Source: an uncultured Gemmatimonadaceae bacterium | GTDB lineage: Bacteria > Gemmatimonadota > Gemmatimonadetes > Gemmatimonadales > Gemmatimonadaceae | Assembly (NCBI GenBank): GCA_963781585.1 | Contig: CAWAGQ010000004.1 | Coordinates: 320,001-384,000 of the forward strand | Direction: 5' to 3' | Length of the DNA stretch: 64,000 nt | Part shown: positions 61,758 through 64,000 of the stretch, one piece after another | Layout: each line of letters starts with the position of its first letter | How positions within the stretch are numbered: position 1 is the first letter of the stretch | Notes under the pieces: generated by a model | Database searches by the model: none | Told to the model about the DNA's origin: nothing | Seen by the model: the letters and a program-made list of their open reading frames with translations, nothing else | Made by a program: the position numbers and the translations under genes

Positions 61758-61815
61758 TCGATCGCGTCGCGCGCGCGACCGCGGGGTGCTCCGGATCGCC
61801 CGCTAGATTGCGCGC

Positions 61816-63612
61816 ATGGTGATCTGGCTCTGCGCGCTGGCGGCGGGAGCAGCGGCCGCGCTCTGGATGTACGGCGGGCGGCCGTCACGACGGGCCGCCG
61901 GGGTGGCGCTGGCGCTGCGTGCGATCGCGGTGACCGGCGCGATTGCGCTGCTGCTGAATGCCGTGGTCGGTGCACGTCGCGCGGCGCGGCCGCTGGTGGC
62001 GCTCGACGTGTCGGCGAGTTGGCTTCGCGGCCACGACACCTCGGCCTTCGCGTCGGCGGTAGACCGCGCCCGAGGCGACGGAAACGGCGGCCTGTTGGTC
62101 TTCGGCGATTCGACGCGGACGTTGTCGGGCGCGGCGGCGGCCGGCGATGTGGCGTCGCGCGTGCGCCCCGCGGTCGAGCGCGCGCTGGCCGGGGGTCGCC
62201 CCCTGGAGATCGTGACCGATGGCGAGATCGACGACCCCGACGCGCTGGCGGCGCTCCCCGGGGGATCGCGGGTCATTATCCTGGGGACCCGCCCGTCGCG
62301 CGACGTCGCGGTCAGCGAGGTCCGCATCCCGCGCGCGGCCGTGGCCGGCGATACCGTCGAAGCGGACATCGGTCTGGTCGCCGCAAACGCCGGGGCTCCG
62401 GCTGGGCAGCTCACGATCACGCTGGGCGACCGCCGGGTGGAGACCATCGTGGTGGACTCGTTAGGTCCGTTCGGCGAACGACTCGTGCACGCGCGGATCG
62501 CCGTCCCCGCCGTCAGCGGCGCCCTGCTGCTCCGCGCGGCGGTCGAGGCACGCGGCGACGAGGAGCCACGCAATGACACCCTGGCGGTGACGCTCGACAT
62601 CTCGCCGGGCGCGGCCGCGGTCCTGGTCGCGACGTCACCCGACTACGACGTCCGCGAGCTGGCGGCGGTACTGCGCGGGACGGTGTCGCTTCCCACGCGC
62701 GGATTCTACCGGGTCGCGCCCGAGGTGTGGCGGGAGGATGGGTCGCTTGCGCCAGCAACGATCGATGCCGTACGCCGCGCGGCGCGCGATGCCCCTCTGC
62801 TGATTGTCGATGGGGACACCGCCCTGTTCGGCGACCCGCGCGCCTTCGCCCGGGGCTCCCTGCTGCTGATCGCGCCGCCCACGTCGGCGTCGGGCGAATG
62901 GTTCGCCACCGGTACCCCCGTCTCGCCAATGGCCGCAACCCTTGGCGGGTCGCCGTGGGACAGCCTGCCCCCGCTGGACGTGGCGGCACAGATCCCCGAG
63001 GGCGATTTCGAGATCCTGGAAACGAGGAGGGCACGCCGGCTGGACCGGCGCGTGGCGGCGGTGGGCTGGGAGCATCCCCGACGCGTGGTGCTCGTGGCGG
63101 CGTCGGGATTCTGGCGCTGGCGATTCCACGGGGGGGTGGGAACCGGCGTGCACGCGGCCTTCTGGGGAAGCGTGATCGACTGGCTTTCGGCGGAGCGGAG
63201 CGACGTGCGGGCTGCCGTTCCGGTTGATGGAGCGGTGCGGGCCGGACAGCAGGTGCGGTGGCGACGTGGATCGGCTGCCGACACCGTGGTCACGGTGACA
63301 CTTGCGAGGCGCTCCCCGCCGGCCACCGACACGCTGACGCTCCGGTTCCCCGGCGGAACGCTTTTCGCCGAGACGCCGCCGCTCCAGGTTGGCACGTACG
63401 ACCTGACGATGCGCGGTGGACGCGCGATGCTGGTGGTGAATCCATCGGCGGAGTATCTGCCGCGGCGTCCAAGCGTTCGGGCCGGCGAAGTTGGCGCTGC
63501 GGTGGCCTTGTCCGACGCGCCGCGGCTGCGCTCGTTCGGCTGGATCTTCGCGCTCGTGATCGCGGCGCTCTGCGCGGAGTGGATCATGAGGCGACGGCTG
63601 GGCCTTCGCTGA
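61816..63612 (+). CDS. Hypothetical membrane protein (vWA-like DxSxS, Ig-like region, C-terminal TM)
   Basis: N-terminal TMs, LDVSAS, VTDGE, and an EW..RRR.GL C-terminus. Confidence 0.65.
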   Translation: MVIWLCALAAGAAAALWMYGGRPSRRAAGVALALRAIAVTGAIALLLNAVVGARRAARPLVALDVSASWLRGHDTSAFASAVDRARGDGNGGLLVFGDSTRTLSGAAAAGDVASRVRPAVERALAGGRPLEIVTDGEIDDPDALAALPGGSRVIILGTRPSRDVAVSEVRIPRAAVAGDTVEADIGLVAANAGAPAGQLTITLGDRRVETIVVDSLGPFGERLVHARIAVPAVSGALLLRAAVEARGDEEPRNDTLAVTLDISPGAAAVLVATSPDYDVRELAAVLRGTVSLPTRGFYRVAPEVWREDGSLAPATIDAVRRAARDAPLLIVDGDTALFGDPRAFARGSLLLIAPPTSASGEWFATGTPVSPMAATLGGSPWDSLPPLDVAAQIPEGDFEILETRRARRLDRRVAAVGWEHPRRVVLVAASGFWRWRFHGGVGTGVHAAFWGSVIDWLSAERSDVRAAVPVDGAVRAGQQVRWRRGSAADTVVTVTLARRSPPATDTLTLRFPGGTLFAETPPLQVGTYDLTMRGGRAMLVVNPSAEYLPRRPSVRAGEVGAAVALSDAPRLRSFGWIFALVIAALCAEWIMRRRLGLR

Positions 63613-63750
63613 CGTCGCCGGGCACGCCAAAGCGGCCGCCGGCTTGCGCCGGGTTCGGGAAGAGTGTCGCGCGGATCAGGCGCGGCCCGGTGGCGCTCGC
63701 GCGGCCGCCGGCCGCTGCACGAGGGTGTCGCGCCGGTCTACCTTTCGGCG

Positions 63751-64000
63751 ATGAGCCGACTCGTCCGTCGCGCCGGCGACCTGCCCCGGAAGTCCCTCTG
63801 GCAGCGGATCCGCGATCTGGCCCTTGCCGACGTGAATGTTCTGGCGCGCGGGGGGGTGAAATCGGGGTCGTTGGAGCGGCTCGAGGAGCTGCTGCTGGAA
63901 TCCGACTTCGGGGTGCCGACCACACTCCGCCTGGTCGCCGAGGTCGAGGCGCGGGCGCGCCAGGGCGAGGTGAAGACGGCGGAGGAGTTTCTCGGGGCGC
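63751..64000 (+). CDS. ftsY: SRP receptor FtsY, N-terminal part (runs off the window)
   Basis: My translation contains LERLEELLLESDFGVPTT, matching the FtsY N-domain motif. Confidence 0.8.
   Translation, partial: MSRLVRRAGDLPRKSLWQRIRDLALADVNVLARGGVKSGSLERLEELLLESDFGVPTTLRLVAEVEARARQGEVKTAEEFLGA

Overview
A high-GC (roughly 70% by eye) bacterial chromosomal window. Gene content and style suggest Gemmatimonadota (inference). From left to right it holds: a frameshifted osmC and an arginase-fold gene; a minus-strand transhydrogenase locus with one pntA1 and two different pntA2-pntB pairs; a peptidase/PD40/beta-barrel surface protein; tilS-hpt-ftsH-folP-DUF2723; and yggS-divIVA-pnp-ileS(frameshifted)-dksA-like-lspA-rluD. 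rluD overlaps a ~17.7 kb, 18-gene signalling cluster. That cluster combines a Firmicutes/Thermotoga-style chemosensory core (3x CheW, CheY, CheA, CheC, CheD, CheB, but no MCP or CheR) with MglA, three roadblock proteins, TPR and DUF4388 proteins (one with an intact MshEN-type c-di-GMP motif) and a protein built from two tandem DnaA-type AAA+ domains with no DNA-binding domain. A small DUF3098-like gene, tRNA-Val(TAC), a secreted TPR protein, the dcw cluster (rsmH to ftsZ), an M23 peptidase, a membrane protein and the start of ftsY follow. The main leads are: (1) the Che-Mgl-double-DnaA-ATPase cluster; (2) an 8-mer, CGTTAGGY, found 25 times, almost always by using a rare TTA codon inside housekeeping genes; (3) the duplicated transhydrogenase membrane module, one copy of which lacks the proton-channel His/Asn; (4) DnaA boxes and a long hairpin upstream of ftsZ. 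I found no mobile element or CRISPR array.
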